Below, piece by piece: positions 8,453 to 17,570 of a stretch of 19,186 nucleotides of DNA. The notes below the pieces were generated by a model that was given only the letters and a program-made list of their open reading frames with translations, was not told the DNA's origin and did not search any database. A program made the translations under genes and the position numbers. Positions within the stretch are counted from its first letter, which is position 1; every line of letters starts with the position of its first letter. The DNA is from a virus. The stretch is from the UHGV virus genome UHGV-1604764; one strand, 5' to 3'.

Positions 8453-9932
8453 CACCATTCCGTCGAATACGCTGGTTCCGCTGTTTTATGCGGAAATGGA
8501 TAACCAGGCGGCGAATACTGCACAGGACAGCGGAGCATCGCTGCTGATTGGTCATGCCAATAACGGTGCAGAGATTGTTGCCAACAGTCTGGTGCTGATG
8601 CCGTCGGCAGACTATGCACGCCAGATTTGTGGTGCGGGAAGTCAGCTGGCGCGTATGGTCGAGGCTTATCGCCAGACCGACCCGTTTGGTGAGCTGTATG
8701 TGATTGCCGTTCCTGAATCCACGGGCGCGGCGGCAACGGTTACGCTGACGGTGACCGGGGCGGCAACCGAAACCGGCACGGTTAATGTTTATGTGGGACG
8801 TACCCGCGTACAGGCACCGGTGACCAACGGCGATAACGTTGCGACGATTGCCAGCAGTATCAAAGATGCCATCAATGCCGTTCCGGCCCTGCCGTTTACG
8901 GCTTCATCTTCGGCAGGCGTGGTCACACTGACCGCGCGTCATAAGGGGCTTTGCGGGAATGAAATTCCTGTCAGCCTCAATTACTACGGGTTTGGTGGGG
9001 GCGAAGTGCTGCCAGCGGGCGTACAGATTGCCGTGGCGACGGGTACCGCCGGAACGGGCGCTCCGGTTCTCACCGGCGCGGTGGCTGCAATGGCGGATGA
9101 GCCGTTTGATTATATCGGCCTGCCGTTCAACGACACGGCCTCCGTTAACACGCTGGTGACCGAGATGAACGATACCAGCGGTCGCTGGAGCTATGCGCGT
9201 CAGCTGTATGGTCATGTGTATACGGCAAAGATCGGCACGCTGTCAGAACTGGTGACCGCAGGTGACCAGTTTAACCAGCAGCACATTACCCTGGCGGGAT
9301 ACGAAAAAGACACTCAGACGCCAGCCGACGAGCTGGCGGCAAGCCGTACCGCCCGCGCAGCGGTGTTTATTCGCAACGATCCGGCACGTCCCACGCAGAC
9401 CGGTGAGCTGGTGGGTATGCTGCCTGCGCCGAAGGGGAAACGGTTCACGATGACCGAGCAACAGACCCTGCTGTCTCATGGCGTGGCAACGGCGTATGTC
9501 GAAAGTGGGGTACTGCGCATTCAGCGTGATGTCACCACGTACAGGAAAAACGCTTACGGGGTTGCGGATAACAGCTACCTCGACAGTGAGACGCTGCATA
9601 CCAGCGCGTATGTACTGCGCAAACTGAAATCCGTCATTACCAGTAAGTACGGGCGTCACAAGCTTGCCAGTGACGGTACCCGCTTTGGTCCCGGTCAGGC
9701 GATTGTCACCCCGGCGGTGATCAAAGGGGAACTGCTGGCAACCTACCGTCAGCTCGAGCGTGCGGGGATCGTGGAAAACTACGAACTGTTTAAGCAGTAC
9801 CTGGTTGTGGAGCGTGATGCCAGCGATCCGAACCGCCTGAACACGCTGTTCCCGCCTGACTATGTTAACCAGTTGCGTGTCTTTGCCGTGGTTAACCAGT
9901 TCCGTCTTCAGTATTCAGAGGAGTCTGCATAA
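8436..9932 (+). CDS. Contractile tail sheath protein (Mu gpL-like)
   Basis: 498 aa. N-terminus MTISFNTIPSNTLVPLFYAEMDN is typical of Mu-type sheath proteins. Followed by the tube gene with TAATG overlap. Confidence 0.88.
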   Translation: MTISFNTIPSNTLVPLFYAEMDNQAANTAQDSGASLLIGHANNGAEIVANSLVLMPSADYARQICGAGSQLARMVEAYRQTDPFGELYVIAVPESTGAAATVTLTVTGAATETGTVNVYVGRTRVQAPVTNGDNVATIASSIKDAINAVPALPFTASSSAGVVTLTARHKGLCGNEIPVSLNYYGFGGGEVLPAGVQIAVATGTAGTGAPVLTGAVAAMADEPFDYIGLPFNDTASVNTLVTEMNDTSGRWSYARQLYGHVYTAKIGTLSELVTAGDQFNQQHITLAGYEKDTQTPADELAASRTARAAVFIRNDPARPTQTGELVGMLPAPKGKRFTMTEQQTLLSHGVATAYVESGVLRIQRDVTTYRKNAYGVADNSYLDSETLHTSAYVLRKLKSVITSKYGRHKLASDGTRFGPGQAIVTPAVIKGELLATYRQLERAGIVENYELFKQYLVVERDASDPNRLNTLFPPDYVNQLRVFAVVNQFRLQYSEESA

Positions 9933-10288
9933 TGGCCCGTATCGGGGGAACCTGTTATTTCAAAATTGACGGTCAGCAGCTATCGCTGACCGGCGGCATT
10001 GAGGTGCCCATGAACAAAACGGTTAACGATGACATCATCGGCCTGGACGGTTCAGTGGACCGCAAGGAAACTCACCGTGCACCTTATGTCAAAGGGACCT
10101 TCAAGGTGCCGAAGAATTTTCCGGTGAGCAAAATCACCTCGTCTGATGAGATGACCATCACTGCCGAGCTGGCGAACGGTCAGGTCTATGTACTGTCGTC
10201 TGCCTGGCTGCACGGCGAAGCGAACCATAATGCCGAAGAAGGCACGGTCGATCTTGAGTTCCACGGTGAAGAAGGGGATTACCAGTAA
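9932..10288 (+). CDS. Tail tube protein (Mu gpM-like)
   Basis: 118 aa, immediately after the sheath. Size and position are typical of contractile-tail tube proteins. Confidence 0.75.
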   Translation: MARIGGTCYFKIDGQQLSLTGGIEVPMNKTVNDDIIGLDGSVDRKETHRAPYVKGTFKVPKNFPVSKITSSDEMTITAELANGQVYVLSSAWLHGEANHNAEEGTVDLEFHGEEGDYQ

Positions 10289-10557
10289 TGAAAGAGCTTG
10301 AGTTAAAGAAACCGATTACCGCTCATGGCGAGACACTCTCCGTACTGGAGTTTGATGAGCCCACCGGGAAAGATGTCCGCGAGCTGGGATATCCCTACCA
10401 GATGAATCAGGATGAGTCCGTCAGACTTCTGGCGCATGTGGTATCGAAATACATCGTGCGGCTGGCGAAAGTGCCGCAAAGCTCTGTCGACCAGATGTCT
10501 CCGGCAGACCTGAATGCAGCGGCGTGGCTTGTGGCCGGTTTTTTCCTCCAGGCCTGA
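10288..10557 (+). CDS. Tail assembly chaperone, short form
   Basis: 89 aa between tube and tape measure. Ends at TGA 10555-10557 just after a T-run slippery site. Confidence 0.75.
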   Translation: MKELELKKPITAHGETLSVLEFDEPTGKDVRELGYPYQMNQDESVRLLAHVVSKYIVRLAKVPQSSVDQMSPADLNAAAWLVAGFFLQA

Positions 10558-10706
10558 CGGCTGAATACCTCACTGATCGCTTCTTTGACTGCGCCAGTTA
10601 CTGGCGCATTAATCCCTTCGAATTGCTGAATATGCCGATCAGTGAAATTCCCTTGCTGGTCAGTCAGGCAAACAGGATAGAGCAGGAGAAACGCACACAT
10701 GGCTGA
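10288..10706 (+). CDS. Tail assembly chaperone, -1 frameshift-extended form (predicted)
   Basis: Heptamer T_TTT_TTC at 10539-10545 in the zero frame. A -1 slip joins ...VAGFF to PPGLTAEYL... in the overlapping ORF (10524-10706), which ends 7 nt into the tape measure gene. Confidence 0.65.
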
Positions 10707-12654
10707 ATTTGAGCTTAAGGCGTTGATCACCGGTGTCGACAGGCTTTCTCCCGCGCTGTCGAAAATGCAAAAGAAAATCCGGGGATTTAAACGCCAGGCG
10801 GAAGAAGCGTCACAGGGTGGGCTGGCGCTTGGTGGCGGACTGGCAGCGGGTCTGACGCTTTCCCTGAAATCTTATGCCGATCAGGAAAACGCCGCCACCG
10901 GGCTGAAAGTCGCCATGATGGATGCGAACGGCGAGGTTGGAAAGAGCTTTCAGGACATCAATAAACTGGCTATTGGCCTGGGTAACCAGCTACCCGGTAC
11001 AACGGCTGATTTCCAGAACATGATGCAGATGCTGGTGCGTCAGGGGATCCCGGCAGAAAACATTCTTGGTGGTGTGGGTAAAGCGACAGCTTATCTTGCG
11101 GTACAACTGAAAAAAACACCGGAAGCGGCTGCTGAGTTTGCTGCAAAGATGCAGGATGCTACCGGAACGGCGTCAGAAGACATGATGGGGCTGTTCGACA
11201 CTATCCAGAAGGCGTTTTATCTGGGCGTTGACGATACCAACATGTTGTCCTTCTTCACTAAAACCAGTTCTGTTCTGAAGATGGTGAACAAGGACGGTCT
11301 TCAGGCTGCACAGAGCCTTGCCCCCATCAGCGTCATGATGGATCAGATGGGGATGAACGGGGAGTCGGCAGGTAATGCCCTGCGAAAAGTTATCCAGTCC
11401 GGATTAAGCGTTAAGAAAATCAGGGACGTCAATAAAGTCATGGCCCGCCAGAGACTCGGGGTACAGCTCGATTTTACTGACGGCAAAGGAAGTTTTGGCG
11501 GTCTTGATAACATGTTCAGGCAACTGGCAAAGCTGCGAAAACTGACCGACGTTAAGCGAACAGGTGTACTTAAGGCAATATTTGGTGATGATGCCGAAAC
11601 CCTTCAGGTGGTCAATGCACTAATCGATAAAGGAAAGGATGGCTACGATCAGATCCAGCAGAAGATGAATAAACAGGCCAGCCTGAATAAACGTGTTCAG
11701 GCACAGCTTGGTACGCTGTCCAACCTGTGGGAGGCAATGACGGGGACCGCAACTAACGGCCTTGCGGCTATTGGCGGCGCATTTTCTGGTGACGCCAAAA
11801 ATATCACGCAATGGCTGGGGGAGTTGGGGGAAAAATTCACGAAGTTTGCGGATGAAAATCCCCGGGTTATTCGCGGCGTCGTCGGGCTTGCTGCCGGTCT
11901 TGCGATTCTGAAACTGGGATTGATGGGCGTGGGCAGTGCCATCAGTATCGTCAGCAGGATCATGTCGATGACGCCGATTGGCATGATTGCGACGGCGATT
12001 GCCTTGGCTGCGGGATTAATTATCACTAACTGGGATGTTGTTGGACCTTATTTCAAGAAGCTCTGGGAAACCATTGGTCCTTATTTTGAGGCTGGCTGGG
12101 AACTTCTGAAGAAGGTTTTTGCCTGGTCGCCGCTGGGGATGGTAATCAATAACTGGGGACCGGTTGTTAAGTGGTTTCAGGATATGTGGGACAAGCTGAA
12201 GCCAATTATTGAGTGGTTTACCGACAGTTCCGGTGACACGGTCGATGCCATTAACTCGGCGCAGTGGGGCGCGGGTGCTTATGATGCTTATGGGACGGGA
12301 ATACCGCCACGGGGATACACTCCTTATCCGGCGCAGTCAAACAACGCCTCCGGTGACACGGTCGATGCCATTAACTCTGCGCAGTGGGGCGCGGGTGCTT
12401 ATGATGCTTATGGGACGGGAATACCGGCGCGGGGATACACACCTTATCCGGCGGTAGATCCGGCTCAGTCAAACAACGCCTCCGATGCTACAGGCCCGAA
12501 TCCCTTCATGATTAACAAAGCTTCTGCGCCAAAAGTTGACGGTGAGATCAAGGTCTCTTTTGTGAATTCGCCTCCGGGTATGCGGGTTATGGAAACGCGA
12601 TCCAGCGGTTTTGATATAAATCACGATGTTGGCTATACGCATATTGGCAGATGA
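10699..12654 (+). CDS. Tail tape measure protein
   Basis: 651 aa. Ala/Gly/Gln-rich helical N-terminal region, hydrophobic segment (VIRGVVGLAAGLAILKLGLMGVGSAISIV...IATAIALAAGLIITNW), located after the chaperone/frameshift pair. Contains an internal tandem duplication. Confidence 0.85.
   Translation: MAEFELKALITGVDRLSPALSKMQKKIRGFKRQAEEASQGGLALGGGLAAGLTLSLKSYADQENAATGLKVAMMDANGEVGKSFQDINKLAIGLGNQLPGTTADFQNMMQMLVRQGIPAENILGGVGKATAYLAVQLKKTPEAAAEFAAKMQDATGTASEDMMGLFDTIQKAFYLGVDDTNMLSFFTKTSSVLKMVNKDGLQAAQSLAPISVMMDQMGMNGESAGNALRKVIQSGLSVKKIRDVNKVMARQRLGVQLDFTDGKGSFGGLDNMFRQLAKLRKLTDVKRTGVLKAIFGDDAETLQVVNALIDKGKDGYDQIQQKMNKQASLNKRVQAQLGTLSNLWEAMTGTATNGLAAIGGAFSGDAKNITQWLGELGEKFTKFADENPRVIRGVVGLAAGLAILKLGLMGVGSAISIVSRIMSMTPIGMIATAIALAAGLIITNWDVVGPYFKKLWETIGPYFEAGWELLKKVFAWSPLGMVINNWGPVVKWFQDMWDKLKPIIEWFTDSSGDTVDAINSAQWGAGAYDAYGTGIPPRGYTPYPAQSNNASGDTVDAINSAQWGAGAYDAYGTGIPARGYTPYPAVDPAQSNNASDATGPNPFMINKASAPKVDGEIKVSFVNSPPGMRVMETRSSGFDINHDVGYTHIGR
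12229..12480 (+). repeat. In-frame tandem duplication inside the tape measure gene (120-nt unit, then 132-nt unit)
   Basis: Copy 1 at 12229-12348 and copy 2 at 12349-12480 differ by 4 substitutions and a 12-nt in-frame insertion. Encodes SGDTVDAINSAQWGAGAYDAYGTGIP(P/A)RGYTPYPA(VDPA)QSNNA twice. Confidence 0.9.
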
Positions 12655-12670
12655 CGGAACCAGATATAAT
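12644..12670 (+). promoter_or_regulatory. Candidate sigma70-type promoter for the moron gene
   Basis: -35-like TTGGCA (12644-12649), 15-nt spacer, perfect -10 TATAAT (12665-12670). Lies in the last codons of the tape measure gene, about 37 nt upstream of the moron start codon. Confidence 0.45.
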
Positions 12671-12706
12671 TTGTCTTTAAGTTTGTTATCAACTGAAGGG
12701 AAATCT

Positions 12707-13084
12707 ATGGGTCTGTTACATGCCATTATAGGTAATGCCGGTGAAATTAATGCATCAGATGCACAACAGGAATTAGGGGCTGTTTTAGGTGAGGGAGAAA
12801 ATGTCGAACTTGCCTATAAACTCATTCGTGACCAAATTATTCTGACTAACAGAAGGTTAATTTTTATTGATAAGCAGGGTGTCACAGGGAAAAAAGTAGA
12901 GTATCGTTCGATTCCTTATAAATCTGTGACAAACTTTTCTATTGAAACCGCCGGGCATCTTGATCTTGATGCTGAAATGAAGATATGGATTTCTGGTATT
13001 GCAGAACCGATAAAAAAACAGTTCAGTAAAGGAGCAAACATTTATAAATTGCAGGCTCATCTGGCTCAAAAAATAGCAGGGTAA
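12707..13084 (+). CDS. Moron-encoded soluble protein, bacterial PH-like domain (bPH_1/DUF1696-like), function unknown
   Basis: 125 aa from ATG 12707 (AAGGGA RBS). The ORF-track start at 12626 lies inside the tape measure gene and is rejected. About 40% GC against mid-50s% in flanking genes. Motifs LTNRRLIFIDKQGVTGKK, SIPY, ETAGHLDLDAEMKIWISG recall the bPH_1 family (from memory). Confidence 0.6.
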   Translation: MGLLHAIIGNAGEINASDAQQELGAVLGEGENVELAYKLIRDQIILTNRRLIFIDKQGVTGKKVEYRSIPYKSVTNFSIETAGHLDLDAEMKIWISGIAEPIKKQFSKGANIYKLQAHLAQKIAG

Positions 13085-13110
13085 ACCTTACATTAATTTA
13101 TGTCTTTCAT

Positions 13111-13132
13111 GCCCACTTCGGTGGGCTTTTTT
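13111..13132 (+). terminator. Rho-independent terminator downstream of the moron gene
   Basis: GCCCAC-TTCG-GTGGGC (6-bp G/C stem, TTCG tetraloop) followed directly by TTTTTT, 27 nt after the moron stop and 16 nt before the next start codon. Confidence 0.7.
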
Positions 13133-13147
13133 ATATCCGGAGTTTAT

Positions 13148-14476
13148 ATGACGTGGAAAGACAGGCTTCAGGACGCGTCATTTCGCGGTGTGCCGTTTAA
13201 GGTTGAAGAAGAAAGTGCGGGAACAGGTCGCCGTGTGGAAACACACGAATATCCGAACCGCGACAAACCCTATACCGAAGATCTGGGAAAAGTCACTTTC
13301 CGCCCGTCCATCACGGCTTATGTGGTGGGCGATGACTGCTTTGACCAGCGCGATCGCCTGATTGACGCGCTGAATAAACCCGGTCCCGGCACGCTTGTCC
13401 ACCCGACTTACGGTGAGCTGAAAGTCTGTGTTGACGGAGAGGTTCGGGTCAGCACATCGAAAAGTGAAGGGCGTATTGTCCGCTTTGACCTGAAGTTTGT
13501 CGAAGCGGGAGAACTCTCTTACCCCACATCAGGTGCGGCGACGGCGCAGACGCTGATGTCATCCTGTTCTGCACTGGATGACTGCATCAGTGACAGCTTC
13601 AGCGGTTTCAGTATCGATGGTGTGGCGGATTTCGTGCAGAACGACGTTATCGGTAATGCCAGCATAATGCTGGGGTATGTTTCTGATGCGATGAAAGTGG
13701 TGGATTCTGCCGTATCGGATGCCGCCAGGCTGTTGCAGGGGGATATCTCGGTACTTCTGCCGCCGCCATCGTCAGGCAAAAATTTCGTTGAGCAGGTGCA
13801 GAAAATGTGGCGTACCGGGAAACGCCTTTATGGTAACGCCAGCGACCTGGTCACCATGATCAAAACGCTTTCCGGTGTCAGCCTCGGCAGCGATCTGCAA
13901 CCGCGCGGCGTCTGGAAAACGGACAGTAAAACCACCGCCACGGCGACGCAGCAGCGTAACGTGGTTGCCAGCACCCTTCGTGCGACCGCAATCAGCGAAG
14001 CGGCGTATGCCGTCACCCGATTGCCTGCGCCAACAACTTCCGCGGTGATGCAGAATGCCGCAGTGGGGCAGTCAACAACTTCCGCGCAGAGCACCGGCTG
14101 GCCTTCCGTCACGCATCCGGCACTGAACAATGCACCGGCGGTGAAAAACACGGTTGACCTGCCAACGTGGGAAGAACTGACTGACATTCGCGACACACTG
14201 AATACGGCAATTGATAAGGAGTTGTCCCGTACAACCAGTGATGCGCTGTTTCTGGCGCTGCGCCGGGTGAAAGCAGATCTGAATGCGGATATCAACACGC
14301 GCCTTGAACAGTCTGCTCGGATCATTCAGCGCACGCCGGATGAGGTCTTACCCGCGCTGGTGCTGGCGGCGACCTGGTTTGATAACGCGGCGCGTGACGC
14401 GGACATTATCCGGCGTAATGCCATTACGCATCCCGGCTTTGTGCCGGTGATCCCTCTGAAGGTGCCAGTGCAATGA
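13148..14476 (+). CDS. DNA circulation protein (Mu gp43-like)
   Basis: Start set to ATG 13148 (GGAG 5 nt upstream). ORF-track 13100 would read through the terminator hairpin. N-terminus MTWKDRLQDASFRGVPFKV...GRRVETHEYPNRDKPYTEDLG...GPGTLVHPTYG matches the DNA-circulation N-terminal domain. Confidence 0.8.
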   Translation: MTWKDRLQDASFRGVPFKVEEESAGTGRRVETHEYPNRDKPYTEDLGKVTFRPSITAYVVGDDCFDQRDRLIDALNKPGPGTLVHPTYGELKVCVDGEVRVSTSKSEGRIVRFDLKFVEAGELSYPTSGAATAQTLMSSCSALDDCISDSFSGFSIDGVADFVQNDVIGNASIMLGYVSDAMKVVDSAVSDAARLLQGDISVLLPPPSSGKNFVEQVQKMWRTGKRLYGNASDLVTMIKTLSGVSLGSDLQPRGVWKTDSKTTATATQQRNVVASTLRATAISEAAYAVTRLPAPTTSAVMQNAAVGQSTTSAQSTGWPSVTHPALNNAPAVKNTVDLPTWEELTDIRDTLNTAIDKELSRTTSDALFLALRRVKADLNADINTRLEQSARIIQRTPDEVLPALVLAATWFDNAARDADIIRRNAITHPGFVPVIPLKVPVQ

Positions 14477-15552
14477 ACGATAACGTCACGCTACGGGTAA
14501 ATGGCCGGGAGTGGAATGGCTGGACATCGGTGCGCATCGGTGCCGGTATTGAACGGCTGGCGCGGGATTTCAGCGTGGAGATCACCCGCCAGTGGCCGGG
14601 AGATGAGGGTATCACCACGCTTCAGCCGCGCATTAAAAATGGTTCAAAAGTGGAAGTGCTGATTGGTGATGAGCTGGTGATCACCGGCTGGGTGGAGGCG
14701 ACCCCCGTTCGTTACGATGCCCGTTCGGTCAGCACCGGTATTGCCGGACGTAGTCTGACGGCTGACCTGATTGACTGTGCAGCCGAACCGACACAGTTTA
14801 ACGGACGCTCGCTGGTGCAGATTGCGCAGGCGCTTGCTGCGCCTTTCGGCATTGAGGTGGTGAACAGCGATGCGCCGTCGGGTGTTATTCCGGATGTCCA
14901 GCCTGATCACGGTGAAACGGTGATCGAGGTGATCAACAAAATACTCGGTCAGCAGCAGGCGCTGGCTTATGACGACCCGCACGGCAGGCTGGTGATTGGT
15001 GGTATTGGCTCAACGCGGGCACATACCGCGCTGGTACTCGGGGAAAACATCCTTTCCTGTGATACGGAGAAGAGTATCCGGGAGCGGTTTTCAGTTTACC
15101 AGGTGGCGGGGCAGCGTGCCGGAAACGACGATGATTTCGGTGAGGCCACCACCACCGCGCTGCGGGCCCGCACAGAGGACGCATTTATTGCCCGTTACCG
15201 TCCGATGTATATCAGGCAGACAGGGCAGGCTACGGGGGCAGGCTGTATTGCCCGTGCGGACTTTGAAGCCCGACAACGGGCGGCGCGGACGGATGAAACC
15301 ACCTATGTGGTGCAGGGCTGGCGACAGGGTAACGGTACGCTGTGGCAGCCCAACCAGCGGGTGATTGTCTTTGATCCGGTCTGTGGTTTCGACAATACCG
15401 AACTGCTTGTTTCGGAAGTCACGTTTACTCAGGACCAGAACGGCACCCTGACGGAAATCCGTGTCGGCCCACCTGATGCTTATCTGCCTGAACCCGAAGC
15501 CCCCGGCGCGCGGAAAAAGAAAAAAGCCAGAGTACAGGAGGAGCCGTTCTGA
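14473..15552 (+). CDS. Baseplate hub protein (Mu gp44 / P2 gpD-like)
   Basis: 359 aa. ATGA overlap with the upstream gene. Position and size match the Mu-like baseplate hub. Confidence 0.7.
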   Translation: MNDNVTLRVNGREWNGWTSVRIGAGIERLARDFSVEITRQWPGDEGITTLQPRIKNGSKVEVLIGDELVITGWVEATPVRYDARSVSTGIAGRSLTADLIDCAAEPTQFNGRSLVQIAQALAAPFGIEVVNSDAPSGVIPDVQPDHGETVIEVINKILGQQQALAYDDPHGRLVIGGIGSTRAHTALVLGENILSCDTEKSIRERFSVYQVAGQRAGNDDDFGEATTTALRARTEDAFIARYRPMYIRQTGQATGAGCIARADFEARQRAARTDETTYVVQGWRQGNGTLWQPNQRVIVFDPVCGFDNTELLVSEVTFTQDQNGTLTEIRVGPPDAYLPEPEAPGARKKKKARVQEEPF

Positions 15553-16100
15553 TGAGGACGATTGAAGCCATGCAGCGACAACTCCTCGGCCTGATTGGGC
15601 GGGCCGTGGTGAAAAGCATCAGTGCCGCCACGAAATGTCAGACCGTGGATGTGTCCCTGATTGCCGGTGAACCCAAAGCCGGGGTTGAACATCTTGAACC
15701 CTACGGTTTTACCGCAAGGGCAAACAGCGGTGCGGAAGCGGTGGTGTTGTTTCCGGATGGCGACCGTTCTCATGCGGTGGTTGTTACGGTGTCGGACCGT
15801 CGCTACCGCCTGAAAGGGCTGCAAACGGGGGAGGTGGCTGTCTATGACGATCAGGGGCAGTCCGTGACGCTGACCCGGGAGGGGATCGTGGTGGACGGTG
15901 CAGGTAAAACGATCACGTTTCGCAATGCGCCCAGAGCACGCTTTGAAATGGACCTGGAAGTGACCGGACAGGTGAAAGACCTGTGCGACTCCGGCGGCAC
16001 CACCATGTCAGCGATGCGGCTTGCCTATAACGGGCATCGTCACAGAGAGAACGGTCAGGGCAGTAACACCGACAAACCTGATAAAGCGATGGAGGCATGA
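15552..16100 (+). CDS. Baseplate spike/assembly protein V (Mu gp45-like)
   Basis: 182 aa. Start overlaps the upstream stop. Size and position match gpV-type spike proteins. Confidence 0.7.
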   Translation: MRTIEAMQRQLLGLIGRAVVKSISAATKCQTVDVSLIAGEPKAGVEHLEPYGFTARANSGAEAVVLFPDGDRSHAVVVTVSDRRYRLKGLQTGEVAVYDDQGQSVTLTREGIVVDGAGKTITFRNAPRARFEMDLEVTGQVKDLCDSGGTTMSAMRLAYNGHRHRENGQGSNTDKPDKAMEA

Positions 16101-16525
16101 TGGAACTGTGGCTGACGGTGAACGGTAAACGCACCTGCGCCAGCGCACCGCTGGATCCGCTGCCCCGCGCCGTGGTGATTTCCCTGTTCACCTGGCGGCG
16201 GGCGGAGCCTGATGACAACGCCGACGTCCCGATGGGATGGTGGGGGGATACCTGGCCTGCGGTACAGAATGACCGTTACGGCTCCCGACTGTGGCTGCTT
16301 CAGCGCAGCAAACTGACCAATCAGCTGGTGCAGACGGTAAGGGGGTATATCCGCGAATGCCTGCAATGGATGATTGATGACGGCGTGGTGTCCCGTATTG
16401 ATCTGGATATCCGCCGCACCGGGATTAATGAGCTTGGTAACAGTATCACTCTCTGGCGTCGTGACGGACCGGTAATGATTTCTTTTGATGATCTGTGGAG
16501 TGCGATAACGCATGGCGGACAGTGA
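16097..16525 (+). CDS. Baseplate protein (Mu gp46-like / gpW-gp25-like)
   Basis: 142 aa. ATGA overlap. Conserved position between V-like and J-like baseplate genes. Confidence 0.65.
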   Translation: MMELWLTVNGKRTCASAPLDPLPRAVVISLFTWRRAEPDDNADVPMGWWGDTWPAVQNDRYGSRLWLLQRSKLTNQLVQTVRGYIRECLQWMIDDGVVSRIDLDIRRTGINELGNSITLWRRDGPVMISFDDLWSAITHGGQ

Positions 16526-17570
16526 ATTTCAGCGCCCGACGCTGGCAGAAAATATCAGTATGCTCCGTAACGATTTATTCGCCAGGCTGGACGTCAGCGA
16601 CACGCTCCGGCGCATGGATGAAGACGTGCGGGCAAAGGTGTATGCGGCGGCGCTGCATACGGTTTACGGGTACATCGATTATCTGGCAATGAATATGCTG
16701 CCTGACCTGTGCGATGAGTCCTGGCTGGCGCGACATGCTGCGATGAAACGGTGTCCGCGCAAGGGGGCCACGGCTGCCAGCGGGTATATGCGCTGGGAAG
16801 GTGTCAGCGATGGCCTGAAGGTGACTGCCGGGAGCGTGATTCAGCGCGATGACCTGGTTCAGTACACGGCAACTGCCGATGCAACCAGCTCCGGTGGTGT
16901 CCTGCGTGTGCCGATCACTTGCTCAACTACAGGCGCGGTCGGTAACGCTGACGACGGTACGGCATTAATCCTGGTCACGCCGGTGAATGGTCTGCCGTCT
17001 TCCGGTGTTGCAGATACCCTGACTGGCGGATTCGATACTGAAGATCTGGAAACGTGGCGCGCCCGCGTCATTGAGCGGTATTACTGGACGCCGCAGGGCG
17101 GGGCTGACGGGGACTATGTCGTCTGGGCTAAAGAAGTGCCCGGCATTACCCGCGCATGGACATACCGTCACTGGATGGGAACGGGAACTGTCGGTGTGAT
17201 GATTGCCAGCAGTGACCTGATTAATCCCATTCCGGAAGAATCAACGGAAACGGCGGCAAGACAACATATCGTGCCACTGGCCCCGGTGGCAGGCTCTGAT
17301 TTGTATGTGTTCAGGCCGGTGGCACATACGGTGGATTTTCATATCCGCGTGACGCCGGACACACCGGAAATACGGGCTGCCATCACCGCGGAGTTGCGTT
17401 CGTTCCTGCTGCGTGATGGTTATCCGCAGGGAGAACTGAAGGTATCGCGTATCAGTGAGGCGATTTCCGGTGCGAACGGGGAATACAGCCATCAGTTGTT
17501 TGCACCGGCAGACAATATCTCCATTGCAAAAAATGAACTGGCGGTACTGGGGACGATTTCATGGACGTGA
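16512..17570 (+). CDS. Baseplate J-like protein (Mu gp47-like)
   Basis: 352 aa. Overlapping start. Size and position match baseplate J family proteins. Confidence 0.75.
   Translation: MADSEFQRPTLAENISMLRNDLFARLDVSDTLRRMDEDVRAKVYAAALHTVYGYIDYLAMNMLPDLCDESWLARHAAMKRCPRKGATAASGYMRWEGVSDGLKVTAGSVIQRDDLVQYTATADATSSGGVLRVPITCSTTGAVGNADDGTALILVTPVNGLPSSGVADTLTGGFDTEDLETWRARVIERYYWTPQGGADGDYVVWAKEVPGITRAWTYRHWMGTGTVGVMIASSDLINPIPEESTETAARQHIVPLAPVAGSDLYVFRPVAHTVDFHIRVTPDTPEIRAAITAELRSFLLRDGYPQGELKVSRISEAISGANGEYSHQLFAPADNISIAKNELAVLGTISWT

Noticed and set aside
12209-12457. 82-aa + strand ORF with an internally repeated peptide
   Set aside because: It is an alternative reading frame of the tape measure tandem duplication. 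The repeat creates the ORF and it is embedded in the tape measure coding frame.
12229-12480. Possible CRISPR-like repeat
   Set aside because: Only two directly adjacent units with no spacers, about 120 nt long and in-frame within a coding gene. This is a coding tandem duplication, not a CRISPR array.
12626-12706. ORF-track start (12626) for the moron gene, inside the tape measure gene
   Set aside because: It would begin inside the tape measure 3' end and read across its stop. ATG 12707 has a proper RBS and follows the promoter-like -10, so it was used instead.
13100-13147. ORF-track start (13100) for the DNA-circulation gene
   Set aside because: The extension would translate through the terminator hairpin. 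ATG 13148 has GGAG at the right spacing and gives the conserved MTWKDRL... N-terminus.
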